From assembly GCF_009914755.1 (NCBI RefSeq), contig NC_060930.1: a stretch of DNA of 64,000 nt; one strand, given 5' to 3'. Positions 26,701 to 40,142 of this stretch are shown here, piece after piece (position 1 is the first letter of the stretch; each line of letters starts with the position of its first letter). The position numbers were made by a program, and so were the translations under genes. The stretch is from the human T2T-CHM13v2.0 reference genome, Homo sapiens. A model generated the notes under the pieces. That model was given only the letters and a program-made list of their open reading frames with translations, ran no database searches and was not told the DNA's origin.

Positions 26701-26884
26701 TGGACCTATTGGAGGCCTTCTTTGGAAATGGGATTTCTTCATGTAACTCTAGATTGAAGAGTTCTCAGAAACTCCTTTGTGATGTGTGCATTCAATTCAA
26801 AGAGTGAAACCTCCCTTTTCACAGAGCAGTTTTGAAACACTGTTTTTGTAGGATTTCCAAGGGGATATTTATAGCGCATTGAGC
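20774..26884 (+). repeat. 18-mer U8 (3057 bp) and 3-bp-deleted 18-mer U9 (3054 bp)
   Basis: ORF-track spacing 3057 then 3054; 3-bp deletion after 24599. Confidence 0.95.
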
Positions 26885-29800
26885 CTACGGCGGAAAAAGA
26901 AACATCTTCCTATAAAAACTAGACAGAATACTTCTCAGAATCTGCTTTGCGATGTGTGCGTTCAACTCACAGAGTAAAACTTTTCTTTTGATAGAGCAGT
27001 TTTGAAACACTCTTTTTGTAGTATTTGCATGTGTATATTTAGAGCGCATTGAAGCCCACAGTAGAAAAGGAAGTAACTTCACCTAAAACCTAGACAGAAG
27101 CAATCTCAGAAACTACTTTGTGATGTGTACATTCAACTCACAGAGTGGAACTTTCCTCTTTATAGAGCAGTGTTGAAACACTCTTTTTGTAGAAACTGCA
27201 AGTGGATATTTGGACCTCTTTGAGGCCTTCGTTGGAAACGGGATTTCTTCCTATAACCCTAGACAGAAGAATTTTCAGAAACCTCATTGTGATGTGTGCG
27301 TTCATCTCACAGAGTGGAGTCTTCCGTTTGATAGAGAAGTTTTGAAACCCTGTTCTTGTAGGATTTCCAAGTGGATATTTAGACCACTTTGAAGCCTATG
27401 ATAGAAAAGGAAACATCTTCATGGAAAACATAGATAGAATCATTCTCAGAAACAACTTTGTGATGTGTGCGTTGAACTCACCGTCTTTAACCTTTCTTTT
27501 GGTAGAGAAGTTTTGAAACACTCTCTTTGTAAAGTCTACAAGTGGATATTTTGAGCCCTTGGAGGCATTCTTTGGAAAAGGGAATGTCTTCACATAAAAG
27601 GCAGACGGAAGTGTTCTCAGAAACTGCTTTGTGATGTCTGTGTTCAACTCACAGAGTTTAACATTTCCTTTGATAGAGCGGTTTAGTAACCCTCTCTTTG
27701 TAGAATTTGGAAGTGTATACTAAGAGCGCTTTGAGGCCTATGGTAGAAAAGGAAATATCTTTCCATAAAAGCTAGACAGAAGCAATCTCAGAAACTCCTT
27801 TGTGATGTCTGCATTCAACTCACCGAGTGGAACATTCCTCTTGATAGAGCAGTTTGGAAACACTCTTTCTGTAGAATCAGCTTGTTTGTATTTGGACCTC
27901 CTTGAGGCCTTCGTTGGAAACGGGTTTTCATCTTATAAACCCAGACAGAAGAATTCTCAGAGTCTTCTTTGTGATGTGTGCTTTCAACTCACCGAGATAA
28001 AGATTTCTCTTGATAGAGCAATTTGGAAACACTCTTTTTGTAGAATTTGCAAGGGTACATTGAGAGCGCTTTCAGGCCTATGGTAGAAAAGGGAATATCT
28101 TTCCATAAAAGGTAGACAGAAGCAATCTCAGAAACTACTTTGTGATGTGTGCATTCAACTCACCGAGTGCAACGTTCCTCTTGACCGAGCAGTTTGGAAA
28201 CATTGTTTCTGTAGAATCTGCAAGTGGATATTTGGACCTCTTTGAGGCCTTCGTTGGAAACGGGATTTCTTCCTATAAACCCAGACAGAAGAATTCTCAG
28301 AGACTTCTTTGTGATGTGTGAATTCAACTCACAGTGTGGATCCTTCCTTTTGATAGAGCAGTTTTGAAACCCTGTTTTTGTAGTATTTCCAAGCGGATAT
28401 TTGGAACGCCTTGAAGCGTATGGTAGAAAAGGAAATATCTTCCCATAAAACCTAGACAGAACCAATCTCAGAAACGACTTTGTGATGTCTGCATTCAAGT
28501 CACAGAGTTGAACATTTCTCTTGATAGAGCAGTTTTGAAACCCTCTTTCTGAAGGATCTGCAAGTGGATATTTGGAACTCCTTTGGGTCTTCGTTGGAAA
28601 CGGGATTTCTTCGTATAAATCTAGACAGAAGAATTCTCAGAAACTTCCTTGTGATGTGTGCATTCAACTCAGCGAGTGGCACCTTCCTTTGGATACAGCA
28701 GTTTTGAAACACTGTTTTTGTAGTATTTCCAAGCGGATATTTAGAGCGCCTTGAAGCCTATGCTAGAAATGGAAATATCTCCCCATAAAACCAAGACGGA
28801 AGCAATCTCAGAAACTAATGTGTGATGGCTGCATTCCACACACACGGTGGACCATTTCTCTTGATAGAGCAGTTTTGAAACACTCTTTCTGTAGAATCTG
28901 CAAGTGGATAATTGGACCTCCTAGAGGCCTTCGTTGGAAACGGGATTTCTTCATCTAAACCTACAGAGAAGTATTCTCAGTAACTTCTTCGGATGTGTGC
29001 ATTCGACGCACAGAATGGAACATTCCCTTTGATAGAGCAGTTTTGAGACACCGTTTTTGTAGAATTCCCAAGTGGATATTTAGAGCACTTTGAAGTCTCT
29101 GCTAGAAAAGGAAACATCTTCATGTAAAAAGTAGATAGAATCGTTCTCAGAAAGTGCTTAGTGTCGTGTGCGTTCAACTCACAGAGTTTAATGTTTCTTT
29201 TGATAGAGCGTTTCTGAAACACCCTTCTTGTAGTAGCTGCAAGTGGATATTTGGACCTATTGGAGGCCTTCTTTGGAAATGGGATTTCTTCATGTAACTC
29301 TAGAGTGAAGAATTCTCAGAAACTCCTTTGTGATGTGTGCATTCAATTCAAAGAGTGAAACCTCTCTTTTCACAGAGCAGTTTTGAAACACTGTTTTTGT
29401 AGGATTTCCAAGGGGATATTTATAGCGCATTGAGCCTACGGCGGAAAAAGAAACATCTTCCTATAAAAACTAGACAGAATACTTCTCAGAATCTGCTTTG
29501 CAATGTGTGCGTTCAACTCACAGAGTAAAACTTTTCTTTTGATAGAGCAGTTTTGAAACACTCTTTTTGTAGTATTTGCATGTGTATATTTAGAGCGCAT
29601 TGAAGCCCACAGTAGAAAAGGAAATAACTTCACCTAAAACCTAGACAGAAGAAATCACAGAAACTACTTTGTGATGTGTACATTCAACTCACAGAGTGGA
29701 ACTTTCCTCTTTATAGAGCAGTGTTGAAACACTCTTTTTGTAGAAACTGCAAGTGGATATTTGGACCTCTTTGAGGCCTTCGTTGGAAACGGGATTTCTT

Positions 29801-31986
29801 CCTATAACCCTAGACAGAAGAATTTTCAGAAACCTCATTGTGATGTGTGCGTTCATCTCACAGAGTGGAGTCTTCCGTTTGATAGAGAAGTTTTGAAACC
29901 CTGTTCTTGTAGGATTTCCAAGTGGATATTTAGACCACTTTGAAGCCTATGATAGAAAAGGAAACATCTTCATGGAAAACATAGATAGAATCATCCTCAG
30001 AAACAACTTTGTGAGGTGTGCGTTGAACTCAACGTCTTTAACCTTTCTTTTGGTAGAGAAGTTTTGAAACACTCTCTTTGTAAAGTCTACAAGTGGATAT
30101 TTTGAGCCCTTGGAGGCATTCTTTGGAAAAGGGAATGTCTTCACATAAAAGGCAGACGGAAGTGTTCTCAGAAACTGCTTTGTGATGTCTCTGTTCAACT
30201 CACAGAGTTTAACATTTCCTTTGATAGAGCGGTTTAGTAACCCTCTCTTTGTAGAATTTGGAAGTGTATACTAAGAGCGCTTTGAGGCCTATGGTAGAAA
30301 AGGAAATATCTTTCCATAAAAGCTAGACAGAAGCAATCTCAGAAACTCCTCTGTGATGTCTGCATTCAACTCACCGAGTGGAACATTCCTCTTGAGAGAG
30401 CAGTTTGGAAACACTCTTTCTGTAGAATCAGCTTGTTTGTATTTGGACCTCCTTGAGGCCTTCGTTGGAAACGGGTTTTCATCTTATAAACCCAGACAGA
30501 AGAATTCTCAGAGTCTTCTTTGTGATGTGTGCTTTCAACTCACCGAGATAAAGATTTCTCTTGATAGAGCAATTTGGAAACACTCTTTTTGTAGAATTTG
30601 CAAGGGTACATTGAGAGCGCTTTCAGGCCTATGGTAGAAAAGGGAATATCTTTCCATAAAAGGTAGACAGAAGCAATCTCAGAAACTACTTTGTGATGTG
30701 TGCATTCAACTCACCGAGTGCAACGTTCCTCTTGACCGAGCAGTTTGGAAACATTGTTTCTGTAGAATCTGCAAGTGGATATTTGGACCTCTTTGAGGCC
30801 TTCGTTGGAAACGGGATTTCTTCCTATAAACCCAGACAGAAGAATTCTCAGAGACTTCTTTGTGATGTGTGAATTCAACTCACAGTGTGGATCCTTCCTT
30901 TTGATAGAGCAGTTTTGAAACCCTGTTTTTGTAGTATTTCCAAGCGGATATTTGGAACGCCTTGAAGCGTATGGTAGAAAAGGAAATATCTTCCCATAAA
31001 ACCTAGACAGAACCAATCTCAGAAACGACTTTGTGATGTCTGCATTCAAGTCACAGAGTTGAACATTTCTCTTGATAGAGCAGTTTTGAAACCCTCTTTC
31101 TGAAGGATCTGCAAGTGGATATTTGGAACTCCTTTGGGTCTTCGTTGGAAACGGGATTTCTTCGTATAAATCTAGACAGAAGAATTCTCAGAAACTTCCT
31201 TGTGATGTGTGCATTCAACTCAGCGAGTGGCACCTTCCTTTGGATACAGCAGTTTTGAAACACTGTTTTTGTAGTATTTCCAAGCGGATATTTAGAGCGC
31301 CTTGAAGCCTATGCTAGAAATGGAAATATCTCCCCATAAAACCAAGACAGAAGCAATCTCAGAAACTAATGTGTGATGGCTGCATTCCACACACACGGTG
31401 GACCATTTCTCTTGATAGAGCAGTTTTGAAACACTCTTTCTGTAGAATCTGCAAGTGGATAATTGGACCTCCTAGAGGCCTTCGTTGGAAACGGGATTTC
31501 TTCATCTAAACCTACAGAGAAGAATTCTCAGTAACTTCTTCGGATGTGTGCATTCGACGCACAGAATGGAACATTCCCTTTGATAGAGCAGTTTTGAGAC
31601 ACCGTTTTTGTAGAATTCCCAAGTGGATATTTAGAGCACTTTGAAGTCTCTGCTAGAAAAGGAAACATCTTCATGTAAAAAGTAGATAGAATCGTTCTCA
31701 GAAAGTGCTTAGTGACGTGTGCGTTCAACTCACAGAGTTTAACGTTTCTTTTGATAGAGCGTTTCTGAAACACCCTTCTTGTAGTAGCTGCAAGTGGATA
31801 TTTGGACCTATTGGAGGCCTTCTTTGGAAACGGGATTTCTTCATGTAACTCTAGATTGAAGAATTCTCAGAAACTCCTTTGTGATGTGTGCATTCAATTC
31901 AAAGAGTGAAACCTCCCTTTTCACAGAGCAGTTTTGAAACACTGTTTTTGTAGGATTTCCAAGGGGATATTTATAGCGCATTGAGC
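26885..31986 (+). repeat. Two 15-mer HOR variants (U10, U11; 2551 bp each)
   Basis: Same 506-bp deletion junction at ~28618 and ~31169. Confidence 0.95.
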
Positions 31987-34900
31987 CTACGGCGGAAAAA
32001 GAAACATCTTCCTATAAAAACTAGACAGAATACTTCTCAGAATCTGCTTTGCGATGTGTGCGTTCAACTCACAGAGTAAAACTTTTCTTTTGATAGAGCA
32101 GTTTTGAAACACTCTTTTTGTAGTATTTGCATGTGTATATTTAGAGCGCATTGAAGCCCACAGTAGAAAAGGAAATAACTTCACCTAAAACCTAGACAGA
32201 AGCAATCTCAGAAACTACTTTGTGATGTGTACATTCAACTCACAGAGTGGAACTTTCCTCTTTATAGAGCAGTGTTGAAACACTCTTTTTGTAGAAACTG
32301 CAAGTGGATATTTGGACCTCTTTGAGGCCTTCGTTGGAAACGGGATTTCTTCCTATAACCCTAGACAGAAGAATTTTCAGAAACCTCATTGTGATGTGTG
32401 CGTTCATCTCACAGAGTGGAGTCTTCCGTTTGATAGAGAAGTTTTGAAACCCTGTTCTTGTAGGATTTCCAAGTGGATATTTAGACCACTTTGAAGCCTA
32501 TGATAGAAAAGGAAACATCTTCATGGAAAACATAGATAGAATCATCCTCAGAAACAACTTTGTGATGTGTGCGTTGAACTCACCGTCTTTAACCTTTCTT
32601 TTGGTAGAGAAGTTTTGAAACACTCTCTTTGTAAAGTCTACAAGTGGATATTTTGAGCCCTTGGAGGCATTCTTTGGAAAAGGGAATGTCTTCACATAAA
32701 AGGCAGACGGAAGTGTTCTCAGAAACTGCTTTGTGATGTCTCTGTTCAACTCACAGAGTTTAACATTTCCTTTGATAGAGCGGTTTAGTAACCCTCTCTT
32801 TGTAGAATTTGGAAGTGTATACTAAGAGCGCTTTGAGGCCTATGGTAGAAAAGGAAATATCTTTCCATAAAAGCTAGACAGAAGCAATCTCAGAAACTCC
32901 TCTGTGATGTCTGCATTCAACTCACCGAGTGGAACATTCCTCTTGAGAGAGCAGTTTGGAAACACTCTTTCTGTAGAATCAGCTTGTTTGTATTTGGACC
33001 TCCTTGAGGCCTTCGTTGGAAACGGGTTTTCATCTTATAAACCCAGACAGAAGAATTCTCAGAGTCTTCTTTGTGATGTGTGCTTTCAACTCACCGAGAT
33101 AAAGATTTCTCTTGATAGAGCAATTTGGAAACACTCTTTTTGTAGAATTTGCAAGGGTACATTGAGAGCGCTTTCAGGCCTATGGTAGAAAAGGGAATAT
33201 CTTTCCATAAAAGGTAGACAGAAGCAATCTCAGAAACTACTTTGTGATGTGTGCATTCAACTCACCGAGTGCAACGTTCCTCTTGACCGAGCAGTTTGGA
33301 AACATTGTTTCTGTAGAATCTGCAAGTGGATATTTGGACCTCTTTGAGGCCTTCGTTGGAAACGGGATTTCTTCCTATAAACCCAGACAGAAGAATTCTC
33401 AGAGACTTCTTTGTGATGTGTGAATTCAACTCACAGTGTGGATCCTTCCTTTTGATAGAGCAGTTTTGAAACCCTGTTTTTGTAGTATTTCCAAGCGGAT
33501 ATTTGGAACGCCTTGAAGCGTATGGTAGAAAAGGAAATATCTTCCCATAAAACCTAGACAGAACCAATCTCAGAAACGACTTTGTGATGTCTGCATTCAA
33601 GTCACAGAGTTGAACATTTCTCTTGATAGAGCAGTTTTGAAACCCTCTTTCTGAAGGATCTGCAAGTGGATATTTGGAACTCCTTTGGGTCTTCGTTGGA
33701 AACGGGATTTCTTCGTATAAATCTAGACAGAAGAATTCTCCGAAACTTCTTTGGTTGTGTGCATTCAAGTCACAGAGTGGAACCTTCCTTTGGATAGAGC
33801 AGTTTGAAACGCCGTGGTTGTAGTATTTCCAAGCGGATATTAGAGCGCCTTGAGGCCTATGGTAGAAAAGGAAATATCTTCCCATAAAACCTAGACGGAA
33901 GCAATCTCAGAAACTACTGTGTGATGGCTGCATTCCACACACACGGTGGAACATTTCTCTTGATAGAGCAGTTTTGAAACACTCTTTCTGTAGAATCTGC
34001 AAGTGGATAATTGGACCGCCTTGAGGCCTTCGTTGGAAACGGGATTTCTTCATGTTACTCTAGATAGAAGAATTCTCAAACACTGCTATGTGATGTTTGC
34101 ATTCAAGTCACAGAGTGCAACATTCCTCTTGGTAGAGCAGTTGGGAAACACTCCTTTTGTAGAATCTGCAATGGGATATTTGGACTTCTTTGAGGCCTTC
34201 GTTGGAAACGGGATTTCTTCGTATGAATCTAGACAGAAGAATTCTCAGAAACTTCCTTGTGATGTGTGCATTCAACTCAGCGAGTGGCACCTTCCTTTGG
34301 ATACAGCAGTTTTGAAACACTGTTTTTGTAGTATTTCCAAGCGGATATTTAGAGCGCCTTGAAGCCTATGCTAGAAATGGAAATATCTCCCCATAAAACC
34401 AAGACAGAAGCAATCTCAGAAACTAATGTGTGATGGCTGCATTCCACACACACGGTGGACCATTTCTCTTGATAGAGCAGTTTTGAAACACTCTTTCTGT
34501 AGAATCTGCAAGTGGATAATTGGACCTCCTAGAGGCCTTCGTTGGAAACGGGATTTCTTCATCTAAACCTACAGAGAAGAATTCTCAGTAACTTCTTCGG
34601 ATGTGTGCATTCGACGCACAGAATGGAACATTCCCTTTGATAGAGCAGTTTTGAGACACCGTTTTTGTAGAATTCCCAAGTGGATATTTAGAGCACTTTG
34701 AAGTCTCTGCTAGAAAAGGAAACATCTTCATGTAAAAAGTAGATAGAATCGTTCTCAGAAAGTGCTTAGTGACGTGTGCGTTCAACTCACAGAGTTTAAC
34801 GTTTCTTTTGATAGAGCGTTTCTGAAACACCCTTCTTGTAGTAGCTGCAAGTGGATATTTGGACCTATTGGAGGCCTTCTTTGGAAATGGGATTTCTTCA

Positions 34901-35043
34901 TGTAACTCTAGATTGAAGAGTTCTCAGAAACTCCTTTGTGATGTGTGCATTCAATTCAAAGAGTGAAACCTCCCTTTTCACAGAGCAGTTTTGAAACACT
35001 GTTTTTGTAGGATTTCCAAGGGGATATTTATAGCGCATTGAGC
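31987..35043 (+). repeat. 18-mer HOR U12 (3057 bp)
   Basis: Spacing 3057; neither deletion present. Confidence 0.95.
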
Positions 35044-38000
35044 CTACGGCGGAAAAAGAAATATCTTCCTATAAAAACTAGACAGAATACTTCTCAGAAT
35101 CTGCTTTGCGATGTGTGCGTTCAACTCACAGAGTAAAACTTTTCTTTTGATAGAGCAGTTTTGAAACACTCTTTTTGTAGTATTTGCATGTGTATATTTA
35201 GAGCGCATTGAAGCCCACAGTAGAAAAGGAAGTAACTTCACCTAAAACCTAGACAGAAGCAATCTCAGAAACTACTTTGTGATGTGTACATTCAACTCAC
35301 AGAGTGGAACTTTCCTCTTTATAGAGCAGTGTTGAAACACTCTTTTTGTAGAAACTGCAAGTGGATATTTGGACCTCTTTGAGGCCTTCGTTGGAAACGG
35401 GATTTCTTCCTATAACCCTAGACAGAAGAATTTTCAGAAACCTCATTGTGATGTGTGCGTTCATCTCACAGAGTGGAGTCTTCCGTTTGATAGAGAAGTT
35501 TTGAAACCCTGTTCTTGTAGGATTTCCAAGTGGATATTTAGACCACTTTGAAGCCTATGATAGAAAAGGAAACATCTTCATGGAAAACATAGATAGAATC
35601 ATTCTCAGAAACAACTTTGTGATGTGTGCGTTGAACTCACCGTCTTTAACCTTTCTTTTGGTAGAGAAGTTTTGAAACACTCTCTTTGTAAAGTCTACAA
35701 GTGGATATTTTGAGCCCTTGGAGGCATTCTTTGGAAAAGGGAATGTCTTCACATAAAAGGCAGACAGAAGTGTTCTCAGAAACTGCTTTGTGATGTCTGT
35801 GTTCAACTCACATTTAACATTTCCTTTGATAGAGCGGTTTAGTAACCCTCTCTTTGTAGAATTTGGAAGTGTATACTAAGAGCGCTTTGAGGCCTATGGT
35901 AGAAAAGGAAATATCTTTCCATAAAAGCTAGACAGAAGCAATCTCAGAAACTCCTCTGTGATGTCTGCATTCAACTCACCGAGTGGAACATTCCTCTTGA
36001 GAGAGCAGTTTGGAAACACTCTTTCTGTAGAATCAGCTTGTTTGTATTTGGACCTCCTTGAGGCCTTCGTTGGAAACGGGTTTTCATCTTATAAACCCAG
36101 ACAGAAGAATTCTCAGAGTCTTCTCTGTGATGTGTGCTTTCAACTCACCGAGATAAAGATTTCTCTTGATAGAGCAATTTGGAAACACTCTTTTTGTAGA
36201 ATTTGCAAGGGTACATTGAGAGCGCTTTCAGGCCTATGGTAGAAAAGGGAATATCTTTCCATAAAAGGTAGACAGAAGCAATCTCAGAAACTACTTTGTG
36301 ATGTGTGCATTCAACTCACCGAGTGCAACGTTCCTCTTGACCGAGCAGTTTGGAAACATTGTTTCTGTAGAATCTGCAAGTGGATATTTGGACCTCTTTG
36401 AGGCCTTCGTTGGAAACGGGATTTCTTCCTATAAACCCAGACAGAAGAATTCTCAGAGACTTCTTTGTGATGTGTGAATTCAACTCACAGTGTGGATCCT
36501 TCCTTTTGATAGAGCAGTTTTGAAACCCTGTTTTTGTAGTATTTCCAAGCGGATATTTAGAACGCCTTGAAGCGTATGGTAGAAAAGGAAATATCTTCCC
36601 ATAAAACCTAGACAGAACCAATCTCAGAAACGACTTTGTGATGTCTGCATTCAAGTCACAGAGTTGAACATTTCTCTTGATAGAGCAGTTTTGAAACCCT
36701 CTTTCTGAAGGATCTGCAAGTGGATATTTGGAACTCCTTTGGGTCTTCGTTGGAAACGGGATTTCTTCGTATAAATCTAGACAGAAGAATTCTCAGAAAC
36801 TTCCTTGTGATGTGTGCATTCAACTCAGCGAGTGGCACCTTCCTTTGGATACAGCAGTTTTGAAACACTGTTTTTGTAGTATTTCCAAGCGGATATTTAG
36901 AGCGCCTTGAAGCCTATGCTAGAAATGGAAATATCTCCCCATAAAACCAAGACGGAAGCAATCTCAGAAACTAATGTGTGATGGCTGCATTCCACACACA
37001 CGGTGGACCATTTCTCTTGATAGAGCAGTTTTGAAACACTCTTTCTGTAGAATCTGCAAGTGGATAATTGGACCTCCTAGAGGAGTTCGTTGGAAACGGG
37101 ATTTCTTCATCTAAACCTACAGAGAAGTATTCTCAGTAACTTCTTCGGATGTGTGCATTCGACGCACAGAATGGAACATTCCCTTTGATAGAGCAGTTTT
37201 GAGACACCGTTTTTGTAGAATTCCCAGGTGGATATTTAGAGCACTTTGAAGTCTCTGCTAGAAAAGGAAACATCTTCATGTAAAAAGTAGATAGAATCGT
37301 TCTCAGAAAGTGCTTAGTGTCGTGTGCGTTCAACTCACAGAGTTTAACGTTTCTTTTGATAGAGCGTTTCTGAAACACCCTTCTTGTAGTAGCTGCAAGT
37401 GGATATTTGGACCTATTGGAGGCCTTCTTTGGAAATGGGATTTCTTCATGTAACTCTAGATTGAAGAATTCTCAGAAACTCCTTTGTGATGTGTGCATTC
37501 AATTCAAAGAGTGAAACCTCTCTTTTCACAGAGCAGTTTTGAAACACTGTTTTTGTAGGATTTCCAAGGGGATATTTATAGCGCATTGAGCCTACGGCGG
37601 AAAAAGAAACATCTTCCTATAAAAACTAGACAGAATACTTCTCAGAATCTGCTTTGCGATGTGTGCGTTCAACTCACAGAGTAAAACTTTTCTTTTGATA
37701 GAGCAGTTTTGAAACACTCTTTTTGTAGTATTTGCATGTGTATATTTAGAGCGCATTGAAGCCCACAGTAGAAAAGGAAATAACTTCACCTAAAACCTAG
37801 ACAGAAGCAATCTCAGAAACTACTTTGTGATGTGTACATTCAACTCACAGAGTGGAACTTTCCTCTTTATAGAGCAGTGTTGAAACACTCTTTTTGTAGA
37901 AACTGCAAGTGGATATTTGGACCTCTTTGAGGCCTTCGTTGGAAACGGGATTTCTTCCTATAACCCTAGACAGAAGAATTTTCAGAAACCTCATTGTGAT

Positions 38001-40142
38001 GTGTGCGTTCATCTCACAGAGTGGAGTCTTCCGTTTGATAGAGAAGTTTTGAAACCCTGTTCTTGTAGGATTTCCAAGTGGATATTTAGACCACTTTGAA
38101 GCCTATGATAGAAAAGGAAACATCTTCATGGAAAACATAGATAGAATCATCCTCAGAAACAACTTTGTGATGTGTGCGTTGAACTCACCGTCTTTAACCT
38201 TTCTTTTGGTAGAGAAGTTTTGAAACACTCTCTTTGTAAAGTCTACAAGTGGATATTTTGAGCCCTTGGAGGCATTCTTTGGAAAAGGGAATGTCTTCAC
38301 ATAAAAGGCAGACGGAAGTGTTCTCAGAAACTGCTTTGTGATGTCTGTGTTCAACTCACAGAGTTTAACATTTCCTTTGATAGAGCGGTTTAGTAACCCT
38401 CTCTTTGTAGAATTTGGAAGTGTATACTAAGAGCGCTTTGAGGCCTATGGTAGAAAAGGAAATATCTTTCCATAAAAGCTAGACAGAAGCAATCTCAGAA
38501 ACTCCTCTGTGATGTCTGCATTCAACTCACCGAGTGGAACATTCCTCTTGAGAGAGCAGTTTGGAAACACTCTTTCTGTAGAATCAGCTTGTTTGTATTT
38601 GGACCTCCTTGAGGCCTTCGTTGGAAACGGGTTTTCATCTTATAAACCCAGACAGAAGAATTCTCAGAGTCTTCTTTGTGATGTGTGCTTTCAACTCACC
38701 GAGATAAAGATTTCTCTTGATAGAGCAATTTGGAAACACTCTTTTTGTAGAATTTGCAAGGGTACATTGAGAGCGCTTTCAGGCCTATGGTAGAAAAGGG
38801 AATATCTTTCCATAAAAGGTAGACAGAAGCAATCTCAGAAACTACTTTGTGATGTGTGCATTCAACTCACCGAGTGCAACGTTCCTCTTGACCGAGCAGT
38901 TTGGAAACATTGTTTCTGTAGAATCTGCAAGTGGATATTTGGACCTCTTTGAGGCCTTCGTTGGAAACGGGATTTCTTCCTATAAACCCAGACAGAAGAA
39001 TTCTCAGAGACTTCTTTGTGATGTGTGAATTCAACTCACAGTGTGGATCCTTCCTTTTGATAGAGCAGTTTTGAAACCCTGTTTTTGTAGTATTTCCAAG
39101 CGGATATTTGGAACGCCTTGAAGCGTATGGTAGAAAAGGAAATATCTTCCCATAAAACCTAGACAGAACCAATCTCAGAAACGACTTTGTGATGTCTGCA
39201 TTCAAGTCACAGAGTTGAACATTTCTCTTGATAGAGCAGTTTTGAAACCCTCTTTCTGAAGGATCTGCAAGTGGATATTTGGAACTCCTTTGGGTCTTCG
39301 TTGGAAACGGGATTTCTTCGTATAAATCTAGACAGAAGAATTCTCAGAAACTTCCTTGTGATGTGTGCATTCAACTCAGCGAGTGGCACCTTCCTTTGGA
39401 TACAGCAGTTTTGAAACACTGTTTTTGTAGTATTTCCAAGCGGATATTTAGAGCGCCTTGAAGCCTATGCTAGAAATGGAAATATCTCCCCATAAAACCA
39501 AGACGGAAGCAATCTCAGAAACTAATGTGTGATGGCTGCATTCCACACACACGGTGGACCATTTCTCTTGATAGAGCAGTTTTGAAACACTCTTTCTGTA
39601 GAATCTGCAAGTGGATAATTGGACCTCCTAGAGGCCTTCGTTGGAAACGGGATTTCTTCATCTAAACCTACAGAGAAGAATTCTCAGTAACTTCTTCGGA
39701 TGTGTGCATTCGACGCACAGAATGGAACATTCCCTTTGATAGAGCAGTTTTGAGACACCGTTTTTGTAGAATTCCCAAGTGGATATTTAGAGCACTTTGA
39801 AGTCTCTGCTAGAAAAGGAAACATCTTCATGTAAAAAGTAGATAGAATCGTTCTCAGAAAGTGCTTAGTGACGTGTGCGTTCAACTCACAGAGTTTAACG
39901 TTTCTTTTGATAGAGCGTTTCTGAAACACCCTTCTTGTAGTAGCTGCAAGTGGATATTTGGACCTATTGGAGGCCTTCTTTGGAAACGGGATTTCTTCAT
40001 GTAACTCTAGATTGAAGAATTCTCAGAAACTCCTTTGTGATGTGTGCATTCAATTCAAAGAGTGAAACCTCCCTTTTCACAGAGCAGTTTTGAAACACTG
40101 TTTTTGTAGGATTTCCAAGGGGATATTTATAGCGCATTGAGC
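35044..40142 (+). repeat. 15-mer with 3-bp deletion (U13, 2548 bp) and 15-mer (U14, 2551 bp)
   Basis: 3-bp deletion after 35812; 506-bp junctions at ~36774 and ~39325. Confidence 0.95.
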
